Below, piece by piece: positions 54,713-64,000 of a DNA stretch of 64,000 nt. The notes under the pieces were generated by a model. That model had not been told where the DNA came from, made no database searches, and saw only the letters and a program-made list of their open reading frames with translations. This DNA comes from an uncultured Verrucomicrobiae bacterium (GTDB lineage Bacteria > Verrucomicrobiota > Verrucomicrobiia > Chthoniobacterales > UBA10450). The stretch spans positions 320,001 through 384,000 of the forward strand of contig CAVSDR010000002.1 of NCBI GenBank assembly GCA_963726745.1. The letters are read 5' to 3'. The stretch's first letter is position 1; each line of letters opens with the position of its first letter. A program made the translations under genes and the position numbers.

Positions 54713-56028
54713 ACACCCTCTTTCTCGCCTGGCTGGACCGCTTGCGCACCAGCTACTGGTTCATTCCTGCGCTCATGGCGGTGGGCGCGATCGGGCTTTC
54801 CTTTGGAACGGTGCACGTCGACACGCTGGTGCAGGCGAGCTGGGTGCGGCACCACAGTTGGATCTGGGGCGGCGGCCCCGAAGGCGCGCGCAGCGTGCTC
54901 GCCACGGTCGCCGGCAGCACCATCACCGTGGCGGGCGTGGTCTTCTCGATCACGATTGTGGCCCTCACGCTCGCTTCCTCGCAATTCGGCCCGCGGCTCC
55001 TGCGCAACTTCATGGACGATCGCGGCACGCAGACGGTCCTGGGCGTCTTCGTGGCCACCTTCCTCTATTGCCTGTTGGTCCTGCGCACCATCCGCGGGAC
55101 CGATGCCACCACCTTCATCCCGTTCATCTCCGTTACCTGCGGCATCGTCTTCTCGGTGATCAGTCTTGGCTTCCTGATTTACTTCATTCACCACGTGCCC
55201 AGCTCGATCCTCGCGGAGAACTTGATCGCGCGGGTCGCGGGCGAGTTGCAGGATAAAATCGCATCGCTCTACCCGGAAGATGCGGGGGATAAACCGGAGC
55301 GCGCGCTGCCGGAGCTGCCGGTGGCGTTCGACGCCGAGGCGCACCGCATCCTCGCCCGCGACAGCGGCTACATCCAGGCCGTGGGGCTCGAGTCGCTGCT
55401 CGAGCTTGCCGAAAAGCGCGACCTGGTCGTGCGCCTGCCGCGGCGGCCCGGGAGTTTCGTCGCCGCAGGCTCGGTCCTTGCGGAAGTCTGGCCGCGCCGG
55501 GAAGCCGGGGCCGCAGTCGTCGAGCAGATCCAGTCGGCGTTTTTCCTCGGGCCGCAGCGCACCCCGACCCAGGATGTCGAGTATTGTGTCGATCAACTGG
55601 TGGAAGTGGCGGTGCGCGCGCTCTCGCCCGGGATTAACGACCCCTTTACCGCCATCTCCTGCATCGAGTGGCTCGGCGTCGGCTTAATTCAGCTCTCGCG
55701 CCGGCGCATGCCCGCGCCGCAGCGCGTGGGCGAGGATGGCCGGCTTCACTTGGTGGCCGATACGCCCACTTTTGCCGGGGTGGCCGATGCCGCCTTGAAC
55801 CAAATCCGCCAATATGGCAGCAGCAGCGTGGCCGTAGTCTTGCGGTTGCTCGAGGTCATCGGCCGGGTCGGCCGCGAGGTGAAGCACCCGCGCCATCTCG
55901 AAGTGCTCCTGGCGCATGCGCGCAAGATCCACCGCGACGGGATCGCGCGGACGGAGAACCCGCAGGACAAGGCGGAGATCGACGAGCGCCTCACCGCCAC
56001 CGAGGCCATCCTCGAGCCGGCTGCCTAA
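54709..56028 (+). CDS. DUF2254 family membrane protein
   Basis: SYWFIP, FSITIVALTLASSQFGPRLL, SGYIQ, QLVEVAVRALSPGINDPFTA. Confidence 0.88.
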   Translation: MNTLFLAWLDRLRTSYWFIPALMAVGAIGLSFGTVHVDTLVQASWVRHHSWIWGGGPEGARSVLATVAGSTITVAGVVFSITIVALTLASSQFGPRLLRNFMDDRGTQTVLGVFVATFLYCLLVLRTIRGTDATTFIPFISVTCGIVFSVISLGFLIYFIHHVPSSILAENLIARVAGELQDKIASLYPEDAGDKPERALPELPVAFDAEAHRILARDSGYIQAVGLESLLELAEKRDLVVRLPRRPGSFVAAGSVLAEVWPRREAGAAVVEQIQSAFFLGPQRTPTQDVEYCVDQLVEVAVRALSPGINDPFTAISCIEWLGVGLIQLSRRRMPAPQRVGEDGRLHLVADTPTFAGVADAALNQIRQYGSSSVAVVLRLLEVIGRVGREVKHPRHLEVLLAHARKIHRDGIARTENPQDKAEIDERLTATEAILEPAA

Positions 56029-56076
56029 CGAGCGCAATGGTGCATCCTTCCGCGGGCCCGCGGGCGAACTCCAGCT

Positions 56077-56262
56077 ATGCCTGCAAAAAAGAAAGCTCCC
56101 TGGAAAAAAGCTGCCCCGAAGAGCGCGAAGCACACCAAGCTATCGCCCCAGAGTAAAGCCAAGGCGAAGGCGAGCGCGAAGCGCGCCGGCCGCGATTACC
56201 CAAATTTAGTCGACAACATGAAAGCGGCGAAGCAACAGCGCGCGCGCAAAAAGAAGAGTTAA
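56077..56262 (+). CDS. Small, very basic protein (61 aa)
   Basis: K/A-rich, with a LSP..KAKAKASAKRAGRDYPNLVDNM core. Confidence 0.7.
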   Translation: MPAKKKAPWKKAAPKSAKHTKLSPQSKAKAKASAKRAGRDYPNLVDNMKAAKQQRARKKKS

Positions 56263-56272
56263 GGTTGCGCTT

Positions 56273-57121
56273 CTGAAAACGAGCCGCCTCCTCGCCGCTA
56301 CCGCGCTGGCGCTGCTCGCCTTTGCCGCAAATTCCCTCCTCTGCCGGCTGGCCTTGCGCGAGACGGCGATCGATCCCGCGAGCTTCACCGCGGTGCGGAT
56401 CGCCAGTGGCGCGCTCGTGCTCTCGGCTCTCGTTAGGCTGCGGGGCGGCTCGAGCGTGGGCGCGGGCACTTGGCTCTCCGCGGCGGCGCTCTTCGTTTAC
56501 GCGGCGGCTTTCTCCTTTGCTTATCGCACTCTTTCCGCGGGCACGGGCGCACTCCTGCTTTTCGGCGCGGTCCAGGCGACGATGATTCTCTGGGGCTTTC
56601 GCCGTGGCGAACGGCTCCGCGGAGCGCAATGGGCCGGCTTGCTCGCGGCCGGCGCCGGCCTCGTCCTCCTCCTCTTTCCGGGAGTCACCGCGCCGCCGCT
56701 TCCGGGCGCGCTCTTGATGCTTGCGGCCGGCGTCGCCTGGGGCGTTTACTCGCTGCGCGGCCGGGGCCGTGGCGATCCGGCGCGCGCGACCGCGGGCAAT
56801 TTCCTGCGCGCGCTGCCGCTGGCCATCTTGCTGGCTGTTTTTGCGTTTCCCAGCCTGCGGCTCGACCGCGCGGGCGTGGGCTATGCGGTCGCCTCGGGCG
56901 CGTTCGCTTCCGGGTTTGGCTACATTCTCTGGTATGCCGCGCTCCCGCACCTGCGCGCGGCCAGCGCGGCCACGGTGCAGCTGAGCGTGCCGGTGCTGAC
57001 CGCATTTGGCGGCATCCTCTTGTTAGGCGAAACGCCTTCGCTGCGCTTCGTCCTGGCTGCGCTCGCCGTCCTCGGCGGGATCGCGCTGGTCGTGAGCGCC
57101 CGGCCGCCCCGGCCCACTTAG
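56273..57121 (+). CDS. DMT/EamA family transporter; start uncertain
   Basis: LLAFAANSLLCRLAL..IDPASFT.VRIASGA; the reading frame extends upstream of the TTG at 56354 to about 56273. Confidence 0.85.
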   Translation: MKTSRLLAATALALLAFAANSLLCRLALRETAIDPASFTAVRIASGALVLSALVRLRGGSSVGAGTWLSAAALFVYAAAFSFAYRTLSAGTGALLLFGAVQATMILWGFRRGERLRGAQWAGLLAAGAGLVLLLFPGVTAPPLPGALLMLAAGVAWGVYSLRGRGRGDPARATAGNFLRALPLAILLAVFAFPSLRLDRAGVGYAVASGAFASGFGYILWYAALPHLRAASAATVQLSVPVLTAFGGILLLGETPSLRFVLAALAVLGGIALVVSARPPRPT

Positions 57122-57173
57122 CCAGCGACTTCATCCTTCCCACGCGCCCGGCGCGCTGCTAACTCCAGCGCCT

Positions 57174-58280
57174 GTGAAACGGCTCGTCTGGCTCGATATT
57201 TCCAAAGGTCTCGCGATCCTGACGGTGGTTTATTTTCACTTCTTCCGGACCTACTTCGAGCATGGCGTGCTCCCGCCGGCGGATTGGAGCCATGCCGGGA
57301 GCGCCGTCATCTCCGCGCTCCGGATCGCGTGGCTTTGGACCAGCGGTCTGGGGTTTCACGCGGTGGGCGTTTTTATCATCCTCGGCGGCTGGGCGCTCAC
57401 GCAAGCGACCGCGCGCAAAGCCGAGCGCGGCGGGATTGCCTGGGGCGGTTGGTATCGCGCGCGGCTCCTGCGGCTTTACCCGATGTATTGGGTCGCGCAC
57501 CTCGTCTATCTGCTTTCGCCTTTCGTCGCCCGCTTCGAGCAAGTCGATGGCCGGATCGTGCTCAGCCTGCTCGGGCTGCGCTTCGTCGACATCAGCATGA
57601 ACTTTTTCTACCTGAACGCGGCCTGGTGGTATTTCAGCATGCTGATTCAATTTTACCTGCTCTTTCCCCTGCTCTTCGCGGCTTTGCGCAAGGTCGGGCC
57701 GCTCGCCTTTCTCCTCGCTGCCTGCGCGCTCGGCTTCGCGGTGCGTTATCTCCTGCTCTTCCCTTACCCGGCCGATGGCATGTGGATCCTGGGCGGTTTC
57801 GCGATTTGCCGGCTGCCGGAGTTTGCCCTCGGGATGTCGTTAGGCATCTGGTGCGCGCGCGCGCCCGAGCGGGTGGAGCGTTTTCTCCTCGGCGGCCTGG
57901 GACTGCTCGCGGGCGTGGTCCTCTATCCTGCGGCGCTCCGGCTCTACGCGAATGGTTACACCTACATCTTCGTCGACTTCGCCACCGGCGTTTGCTGCTG
58001 CCTGGTGACGGTGGGCGTGGCCGGCTTGCTCGCGCGTTGGAAGTGGTCGGCTAAAATTTTTGCGCTCGTAGGCGTCTACTCCTACGGCATCTACCTGATC
58101 CATCATCCCTACGTCATCTGGCTCGGCTTCCGCGTGCGCGAGCAGCCGATCTGGCTCTTCCTCCTCACGTGTGTGGGAACGCTCGCGGTCATCAGTCTCT
58201 GGGCGATCTCGCTGGAAAAAACGACCAACGCCCTGCTCCAGCGCCTCCCGCTTTTCTCCCAGCGAAACGCGCGCGCGTAA
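57174..58280 (+). CDS. Acyltransferase family 3 (OafA-like)
   Basis: WLDISKGLAILTVVYFH, VGVFIILGG, RLLRLYPMYW, WWYFSMLIQFYLLFP, SYGIYLIH. Confidence 0.88.
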   Translation: MKRLVWLDISKGLAILTVVYFHFFRTYFEHGVLPPADWSHAGSAVISALRIAWLWTSGLGFHAVGVFIILGGWALTQATARKAERGGIAWGGWYRARLLRLYPMYWVAHLVYLLSPFVARFEQVDGRIVLSLLGLRFVDISMNFFYLNAAWWYFSMLIQFYLLFPLLFAALRKVGPLAFLLAACALGFAVRYLLLFPYPADGMWILGGFAICRLPEFALGMSLGIWCARAPERVERFLLGGLGLLAGVVLYPAALRLYANGYTYIFVDFATGVCCCLVTVGVAGLLARWKWSAKIFALVGVYSYGIYLIHHPYVIWLGFRVREQPIWLFLLTCVGTLAVISLWAISLEKTTNALLQRLPLFSQRNARA

Positions 58281-58324
58281 TTTGGCTTGTTGCGTTCCGC
58301 GGCGCAGCCGACGCTGCGCAGCAC

Positions 58325-59494
58325 ATGAGCACCACTGAGTCCGCGGTAGTCTATTCTTCGGCTGACGAAAGCGCGGCGGCTGGTCGCGAATTGGGCGAGC
58401 AGATCCGCGCGGGGCTCTCCGGTGCGCCGGACGCCGTGGTGCTGTTTGTCTCTCCGAAATACGACGCGCCGGTGCTCGTGCGCGCGCTCCAGGAAGATTG
58501 TGCGCCGAAGGTCCTCGTCGGCTGTTCCTCCGCGGGCGAATTTACCAGCGAGACGCAAGGTGTGGGCCGCGCCTGCGCGGTCGCGCTCAAGTCGACCGAC
58601 CTGGTCTTCACCGCCGGCATCGGCCACGGCATTGGCCAAAGTCGCGAAAAAGTGGCCGAGGCGATGTCGGCCCATTTCAAGTGCGGCGAGAATCCGCAGC
58701 AAAAATATTGCGCCGCGCTCATCCTGACCGACGCCCTCGCCGGACATGCCGATGAGTTGATCGAGGAGCTCACGCGCATCACCGGCGGCGACCACCAATT
58801 CTTCGGCGGCGGCGCGGGCGACGATGCCAATTTCCGGCGCACCCAGGTGTTCTGCGGCGAGGAATTCGGGACCGATGCGGCGGTCGGGCTCGAGATCATT
58901 TCCTCGCGGCCGATCGGCATCGGCGTGCGCCATGGCTGGACCCCGGCGACCCCGCCGATGCGCGTGACCGAGTCCAGCGGCGCCGTGCTTGTGAGCTTGA
59001 ATGCCACGCCCATCCTCGAGGTCTTCGAGGAACATGCGCGCCACACCAGCCAGCACTTTGACCGGAACGATCCGCTCCCGTTTTTCCTGCACAACATCAT
59101 CGGGATCGATACCGGCAGCGGCTACAAGCTGCGGGTGCCGCTGGCGGCCCAGGCCGATGGCTCCATTCTCTGCGCGGCCGAGATTCCCTCGGGCACTGCG
59201 GTCTGCATCATGACCACCGATGCCGCCGCCGCGCGCGATGCCGCGGCCGAGGCCACGCGCGCAGCAGTCGCGCAGCTCCACGGGCACAAGCCGCAAGTAG
59301 CGCTCTTCTTCGATTGCGTGGCCACGCGCCTGCGCATGGGCCGCGAGTTCGGGATGGAGCTCGATGCCCTCCGCGAGGTCCTCGGCCCGACCGCCTTTGC
59401 CGGTTGCAACACCTACGGCCAGGTCGCGCGCACCGAGGGCCAGTTCAACGGCTTCCATAATTGCACCGCGGTCGTCTGCGTCCTGCCGTCGTGA
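58325..59494 (+). CDS. FIST-domain (NosP-like) sensor protein
   Basis: LVGCSSAGEF, FFGGGAGDD, HGWTP, VTES.G..L.SLN..P, FDCVATR, GCNTYGQV, FHNCT. Confidence 0.88.
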   Translation: MSTTESAVVYSSADESAAAGRELGEQIRAGLSGAPDAVVLFVSPKYDAPVLVRALQEDCAPKVLVGCSSAGEFTSETQGVGRACAVALKSTDLVFTAGIGHGIGQSREKVAEAMSAHFKCGENPQQKYCAALILTDALAGHADELIEELTRITGGDHQFFGGGAGDDANFRRTQVFCGEEFGTDAAVGLEIISSRPIGIGVRHGWTPATPPMRVTESSGAVLVSLNATPILEVFEEHARHTSQHFDRNDPLPFFLHNIIGIDTGSGYKLRVPLAAQADGSILCAAEIPSGTAVCIMTTDAAAARDAAAEATRAAVAQLHGHKPQVALFFDCVATRLRMGREFGMELDALREVLGPTAFAGCNTYGQVARTEGQFNGFHNCTAVVCVLPS

Positions 59495-59498
59495 TCCC

Positions 59499-61139
59499 TT
59501 GAACGATCCCCGCTCCGCTCTCCTGGCGCTGGTCGCGCGCCTCACCAGTCCAGGCACGCGCCGCGCGGTCGCGCGCGAGCTGGCTGGGCGGGCCGGCGCG
59601 CAAGACTTGCTTATCTTCATTGCCGATGCCGACTTCGGCGTGCTCCTGCCGGCGCCCGGTTTCCCGCAAACGCTCCCGCGCGGGCGCGAGTGGCAGCGCT
59701 TTCTCGAGCGGGTCGCGCGCGAGCCGTTTCACCAGGCGGAAATGCCGGTCGCGGGTGAACCTTTGCCGCTGCTCGCGACCGGGATCTCGGCGGAGGATGG
59801 CTCCGCCCTCGTCCTTCTCGGCGGGGCGCCGCGGCAGGCCGAGGCGCGGGATATTTGCCTGCTCCTCCCGATCGTGGCTGCCGCTTTCCGCGGTGAACGC
59901 ACTGCCGCCTATGCCGCCGCGCAGGCCACGGTCGCGCGCCGCGCGGCGAACGAAGCCCGTCTGCTCGCGGCCTCGCTCGACCAGACGCGCACCGAGCTCC
60001 GGCGCAGCCTGGTCGAGGCGCAACGCGCAAACGCCGCCAAGGATCGCTTCCTTGCCGTGCTCAGCCACGAGCTGCGCACGCCATTGAATCCAGTGCTCAT
60101 GGCCGCGAGCGCGATGGAAACCGATCCGCATCTGCCGGTGGAGATTCGCGCGGATATCTCGATGATCCGCCGCAACGTCGAGCTGGAAGCTAAATTAATC
60201 GACGACCTCCTCGACCTGACCCGCATCGCCAACGGCAAGGTGCAGCTCCAACGAAGAATCGTGGACGCGCACGATCTGCTCGAGGAAGCGACCGCGGTGG
60301 TGCGGGGCGATCCTTCCACGCCGCAGCCGCGGATCGAGCTGGAGCTCCACGCGCCGCAGCCGCACGTCGATGGCGACCCTGCGCGCTTCCAGCAGATCGT
60401 CTGGAACCTCATTCGCAACAGCGTCAAATTCACCCCCGCCGAGGGCCACGTGACCGTGCGCACCTCGAACCAGGACGGGCTCCTGCGCATCCAGGTTTGC
60501 GATACCGGCATCGGCATCGACGCCGAGTCGCTGCCTAAAATTTTTAACGCCTTCGAGCAGCTCGAGATCGAGCGGAACCACGCCTTCGGCGGGCTCGGCC
60601 TGGGCCTGGCGATCTCGCGCTCACTCGCGGAGATGCACGGCGGCACCCTTACCGCGAGCAGCGGTGGCCCTGGGCGCGGCGCCTGTTTCACCTTCGAGTT
60701 GCCGAGCGCCACCGGCGACGTCGCCGCGCGCGCCCCCGCTTTGCCCGGGCCGGCGGAGTCGGAGCTGCGGCGCATTCTCCTGGTGGAAGATCACCCGACC
60801 ACCGCTGCGCTCATGGCGCGCCTCCTGCGCAAGCGCGGCCACCATGTGGAAGTGGCGCACACCAAGGCCGAGGCGCTCCAGCTCGGCCGCACGCAAACCT
60901 TCGACATTCTCATCAGCGATCTCGGATTGCCCGATGGGAATGGCTACGAAGTTATCGCCGCTCTGCGTGCCAGCTCCGCCATTCCCGGGATCGCGCTCAG
61001 TGGTTACGGAATGGAATCCGATGTCGCGCAAAGCGCCGCCGCCGGCTTCCAGCATCACCTCACGAAACCGGTGGACGCGCAGAAGCTCTTCCAGACGATC
61101 GAGAGCGTGCGGTTGCAGGACGGCGCGAGCGCGGGCTAG
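59499..61139 (+). CDS. Cytoplasmic hybrid histidine kinase (HisKA-HATPase-REC)
   Basis: FLAVLSHELRTPL, QQIVWNLIRNSVKFT, DTGIGI, GLGLGLAIS, ILLVEDH..ISDLGLPDGNG; TTG start at 59499 inferred. Confidence 0.9.
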   Translation: MNDPRSALLALVARLTSPGTRRAVARELAGRAGAQDLLIFIADADFGVLLPAPGFPQTLPRGREWQRFLERVAREPFHQAEMPVAGEPLPLLATGISAEDGSALVLLGGAPRQAEARDICLLLPIVAAAFRGERTAAYAAAQATVARRAANEARLLAASLDQTRTELRRSLVEAQRANAAKDRFLAVLSHELRTPLNPVLMAASAMETDPHLPVEIRADISMIRRNVELEAKLIDDLLDLTRIANGKVQLQRRIVDAHDLLEEATAVVRGDPSTPQPRIELELHAPQPHVDGDPARFQQIVWNLIRNSVKFTPAEGHVTVRTSNQDGLLRIQVCDTGIGIDAESLPKIFNAFEQLEIERNHAFGGLGLGLAISRSLAEMHGGTLTASSGGPGRGACFTFELPSATGDVAARAPALPGPAESELRRILLVEDHPTTAALMARLLRKRGHHVEVAHTKAEALQLGRTQTFDILISDLGLPDGNGYEVIAALRASSAIPGIALSGYGMESDVAQSAAAGFQHHLTKPVDAQKLFQTIESVRLQDGASAG

Positions 61140-61147
61140 CTTGCCGC

Positions 61148-61597
61148 ATGCCATCCGCACCCGATCTCACCCAGCGCCCGCCGCGCAGCCCGCGCGTCCG
61201 TCTTGGCGGCTACGTCCTTCTCGCCCGCATCCTCGATAAAGGCCGCGCCGCGAAAGCTGGCCAGCTCGGCGAGTACAAATACAACAATCCGCTCGATCAT
61301 CATTGGTTCCGCTTCACCGGGATCACCGCGGAGCAACTACAGGAGCAAATCGCAGCCGGGAAAGGCGACGGCGAAATCCTCCAGTGGGTCGAGGCGAATG
61401 CGCCTGCGAAACGCACCCCGTGGGAAATCCAGCAGTGGAGCGCGTATCACAACGAACGCGGCCCCGATAGCGATGCCGAGACGCTCGCTTTCTTCGCGAA
61501 GGCGGTGGGCGAGCTCAGCGCCACGCGCGAAGACGTCCGCACCTGGTTCGATTACCTCGACCTCGACGATCACGTCACTTTCGGCGGCCAACCTTAG
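61148..61597 (+). CDS. DUF5069-like protein
   Basis: DLTQRPPRSPRVRLGGYVLLARILDKGRA..GEYKY..PLD..DGEILQWV..TWFDYLDLDD. Confidence 0.8.
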   Translation: MPSAPDLTQRPPRSPRVRLGGYVLLARILDKGRAAKAGQLGEYKYNNPLDHHWFRFTGITAEQLQEQIAAGKGDGEILQWVEANAPAKRTPWEIQQWSAYHNERGPDSDAETLAFFAKAVGELSATREDVRTWFDYLDLDDHVTFGGQP

Positions 61598-61602
61598 CGG
61601 CC

Positions 61603-62472
61603 ATGCGCGTCGGGATCACGGGGGCGAGCGGCTTCATCGCCGGCCATCTCATTCCGCAGCTCCGGGCGCACGGTCACGAGTGCGTCGCCTTTAGCCGCGA
61701 CGCGACGAAACAAATCGCCGGCTGTTCGGAAACGCGCGCCCTCGGCGATGGGCCGCCCGATCTCCGCGGGCTCGAGGCGCTGGTTAACTTAGCCGGCGAA
61801 TCGATCCAAGGACGTTGGACCGCGGAGAAGAAACGGCGCATCATCGCCAGCCGGGTACACCTGACCGAGGCGCTCGTGGGCGCGCTCCCCGGAAGCGAAG
61901 TGCGCGTGCTCGTGAGCGCGAGCGCGACTGGGTTCTACGGCGATCGCGGCGACGAAATCCTCACCGAGACCTCCGGCCAGGGCGAAGGCTTCCTCACCGA
62001 GGTCTCGCTCGCTTGGGAGGCGGCGGCGCTCGCGGCGCAGCAGCACGGCGTGCGCGTGGCCTTGCCACGCATCGGCTTTGTCCTCGCGCGCGATGGGGGG
62101 GCGCTGGATAAACTCCGCCCGCTCTTCCGCCTCGGATTAGGCGGCAAGCTCGGGAGCGGGAAGCAATGGATGCCCTGGGTTCACGTGGAGGACGTCGCCG
62201 GCCTCATGGTGCACCTCCTGGAGCACGAGGATTTAGCCGGCGCTTTCAACGCGGTCGCGCCGCAGCCGGTGCCTAACGAGGAGTTCACCCGCGCGCTCGC
62301 CGCGTCCGTTCAGCGGCCGGCTCTTTTCCCGGTCCCCGCGTTCGCCCTCCGCCTGGCCCTCGGCGAACTCGCAGTCCTCGCGCTCGCTTCCACCCGCGCG
62401 ATTCCCCGGCGCACGGAAGCGGCTGGCTATTCCTTTACTTACCCAGACCTAACGAGTGCTCTCCGGGCCTGA
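61603..62472 (+). CDS. TIGR01777/YfcH family NAD-dependent epimerase
   Basis: ITGASGFI, VNLAGESI..RWT..KK, SATGFYG, GSGKQWMPWVH. Confidence 0.9.
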   Translation: MRVGITGASGFIAGHLIPQLRAHGHECVAFSRDATKQIAGCSETRALGDGPPDLRGLEALVNLAGESIQGRWTAEKKRRIIASRVHLTEALVGALPGSEVRVLVSASATGFYGDRGDEILTETSGQGEGFLTEVSLAWEAAALAAQQHGVRVALPRIGFVLARDGGALDKLRPLFRLGLGGKLGSGKQWMPWVHVEDVAGLMVHLLEHEDLAGAFNAVAPQPVPNEEFTRALAASVQRPALFPVPAFALRLALGELAVLALASTRAIPRRTEAAGYSFTYPDLTSALRA

Positions 62473-62961
62473 CGCCTCTGGCGTTTCCGGTTGCGCCCGC
62501 AGCTTTTCGCCGGCGCGCGCGATCAAGTCCCTCCGGCCCGCTCCTTCCACGTGCACCCGGGCGAAGGCCCGGTCCATCGCCGTCTTCACCGCCGCGGCCG
62601 TGCCGCCCTTCTCGCATTCCCGCACGATCACCCGTTCCATCCGCGCGACCAGCGAGTCGACCGTATAACCCGGGTCTGCCGGCAGTTCCCCGCCGGCCTG
62701 CTTCCGCTCGATCGCGCTGTAGACATCGATCATCCGTTCGCTTTCCGCGCCCCAGCGCAGCACCTGGTAGAAGAACGTCCCGCGGCCTTGCTCGCCCCGG
62801 TAGAACAAATCCACCAGCGCCGCCGCCAGCGACACCGGCATCAGCGCAAAGTCGCGCGCATTATCCAGCAACATCTTCACCTGGAAAACGACCACGTCGC
62901 GCAGGAAAGCCCAATGATCGTTCTCGGGAGGTCGCGGCACCGGCGGGAGCGTGGGAGTCAT
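62449..62961 (-). CDS. Hypothetical protein
   Basis: 170-aa ORF, RDVVVFQVKMLLD..RDFALMPVSL..DL..FYQVLRWG. Confidence 0.65.
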   Translation of the reverse strand: MTPTLPPVPRPPENDHWAFLRDVVVFQVKMLLDNARDFALMPVSLAAALVDLFYRGEQGRGTFFYQVLRWGAESERMIDVYSAIERKQAGGELPADPGYTVDSLVARMERVIVRECEKGGTAAAVKTAMDRAFARVHVEGAGRRDLIARAGEKLRAQPETPEASGPESTR

Positions 62962-63000
62962 GCTCCATCCCTAGCGCGAACCCCGCACGCCGCAAAGCCC

Positions 63001-64000
63001 CTAGGTAGCGTGTCGCCGGCAATGTTCCAGATAAGCGCCTTCGTGACTAACGACCAGTTGCACCACGCTCGACCACAGCCACGAGGGCGCGTCCAGCGTC
63101 TTTGTGCGGTTGTTCCGCAGCTCGCGGCTCCAGGCCTTCCGCGTCGTCTCGTCCATCTGCCGCGCGTGCGCTTTCCCGGCCACGCTCGCGAGATACTTCG
63201 CCACCCGCGTGGCCTCGTCCGGCGTTAGTTTTTCGATCTCAAATTTCAGGTCCTGCGGCAGGAGCTCCCGCAGGAAAACCGCCCGCTCCTGCAGCCGCGC
63301 CGCCAGCATGCGCTCGCCCAGGGCCGGCGATAAATGCCACGCGCCCGTGACCACCCGCTCGCCATTATCCTTCGGGATCTTCGCCTTCGGATAACGCGGT
63401 GCCACCGCCGTCGCCCCCTCCTTCACGTCGATCAAACACATCTCTCCGTCCTCGCCGCCGATCCCCACCAGCACCGCGCACCGCAGCCGGCCGAGCGAGC
63501 TGCACCCTTTCACCCAGAAGGCCGCGTCCAGCACTTCCACCGAGGCATCGTCATCGCGCGAACGGAGCGAGGTGATCAAGCGCCGCACCTTCTCGTCCGC
63601 GAAGAGTTGATCGATTTCCTTGCGCTCCCCCTTGGCCAGCGGCCAAAAACGTTTCCCCAGCGGGATCCGTGGCGACTCATCCTCGATCCGTTCCCGCGCC
63701 AGGTGCCGCCACTTCCGCCGAAGCGCATCCCGCAGAGCCGACTTCACCGCGGCCGGCTTGGCCAGCTTTTCCGCACCGTTCTTGCCCGGCTCGAGAAATG
63801 CCTGCTCGTACCCCACGATCATCTCCTCCAGCATCCGCGCCGTGGTCACTCCCGGCAGATCGCTCCCGCGGGCGGCGCTCGCCAGCGAAAGCCCCAGCCG
63901 CACCAAGTCGTGCGCCGGATTTCCGATCACCGTCTGGTCGAGGTCGCGAATCTGGATCTCGATCCGCCCCTTTGCATTCGCGATCGGCCCCAGATTTCCC
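63001..64000 (-). CDS. DUF2252 family protein; 5' end outside window
   Basis: IRDLDQT.IGNPAHDLVRL, KGCSSLGRLR, DVKE, RELLPQDLK, GKAHARQM. Confidence 0.85.
   Translation of the reverse strand, partial: GNLGPIANAKGRIEIQIRDLDQTVIGNPAHDLVRLGLSLASAARGSDLPGVTTARMLEEMIVGYEQAFLEPGKNGAEKLAKPAAVKSALRDALRRKWRHLARERIEDESPRIPLGKRFWPLAKGERKEIDQLFADEKVRRLITSLRSRDDDASVEVLDAAFWVKGCSSLGRLRCAVLVGIGGEDGEMCLIDVKEGATAVAPRYPKAKIPKDNGERVVTGAWHLSPALGERMLAARLQERAVFLRELLPQDLKFEIEKLTPDEATRVAKYLASVAGKAHARQMDETTRKAWSRELRNNRTKTLDAPSWLWSSVVQLVVSHEGAYLEHCRRHAT

Noticed and set aside
56050..56063. 14-bp palindrome CCGCGGGCCCGCGG upstream of the small basic gene
   Set aside because: All-GC palindrome, single copy, and plausible by chance at this composition.
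61148..61597. Possible Pup/UBact modifier because the protein ends near GGQ
   Set aside because: It ends GGQP rather than a free GGQ/GGE, is 149 aa, and looks like a folded DUF5069-like protein.

Overview
GC-rich (roughly 65% by eye) and very gene-dense bacterial chromosome segment. It probably comes from Verrucomicrobiota (Spartobacteria/Chthoniobacterales-like); this is inferred from two DUF5069-like paralogs, a PafA/Dop-family gene and the gene mix. Most genes are housekeeping: trhO, an RluA-family gene, a leucine/HMG-CoA catabolism cluster, manC-ruvX-truA, cysD-cysNC, nuoBC, phoH-HD-PNP, hldA-gmhB-kdsB-pyrG, purE-purK-tsaC, aroK-queG, a MacAB-like ABC system, purB, uvrD/pcrA and tRNA-Arg(ACG). 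Accessory genes include a RES-Xre toxin-antitoxin pair, two hybrid histidine kinases (tandem CHASE3/PAS and FIST-coupled), a DUF4388-type regulator, an active plus apparently inactive Deg-like protease pair and an orphan Pup-ligase/Dop homolog. About nine single-base frameshifts, several in core genes, point to assembly indel errors. The most striking signal is not a gene. A non-palindromic 9-mer, TCGTTAGGC/GCCTAACGA, occurs at least 28 times exactly (43 times as the 7-mer core) in both orientations. It is written into coding sequence through synonymous choices such as the AT-rich TTA codon and through stop codons, and a related AAATTAGCC(GGC) family accompanies it. This behaves like a DNA-uptake-sequence or chromosome-binding motif that I do not recognise. 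Other hidden items are a truncated GxxExxY remnant inside the ABC operon, leaderless-type promoters and small unannotated membrane proteins. No CRISPR array, rRNA or transposase was seen.
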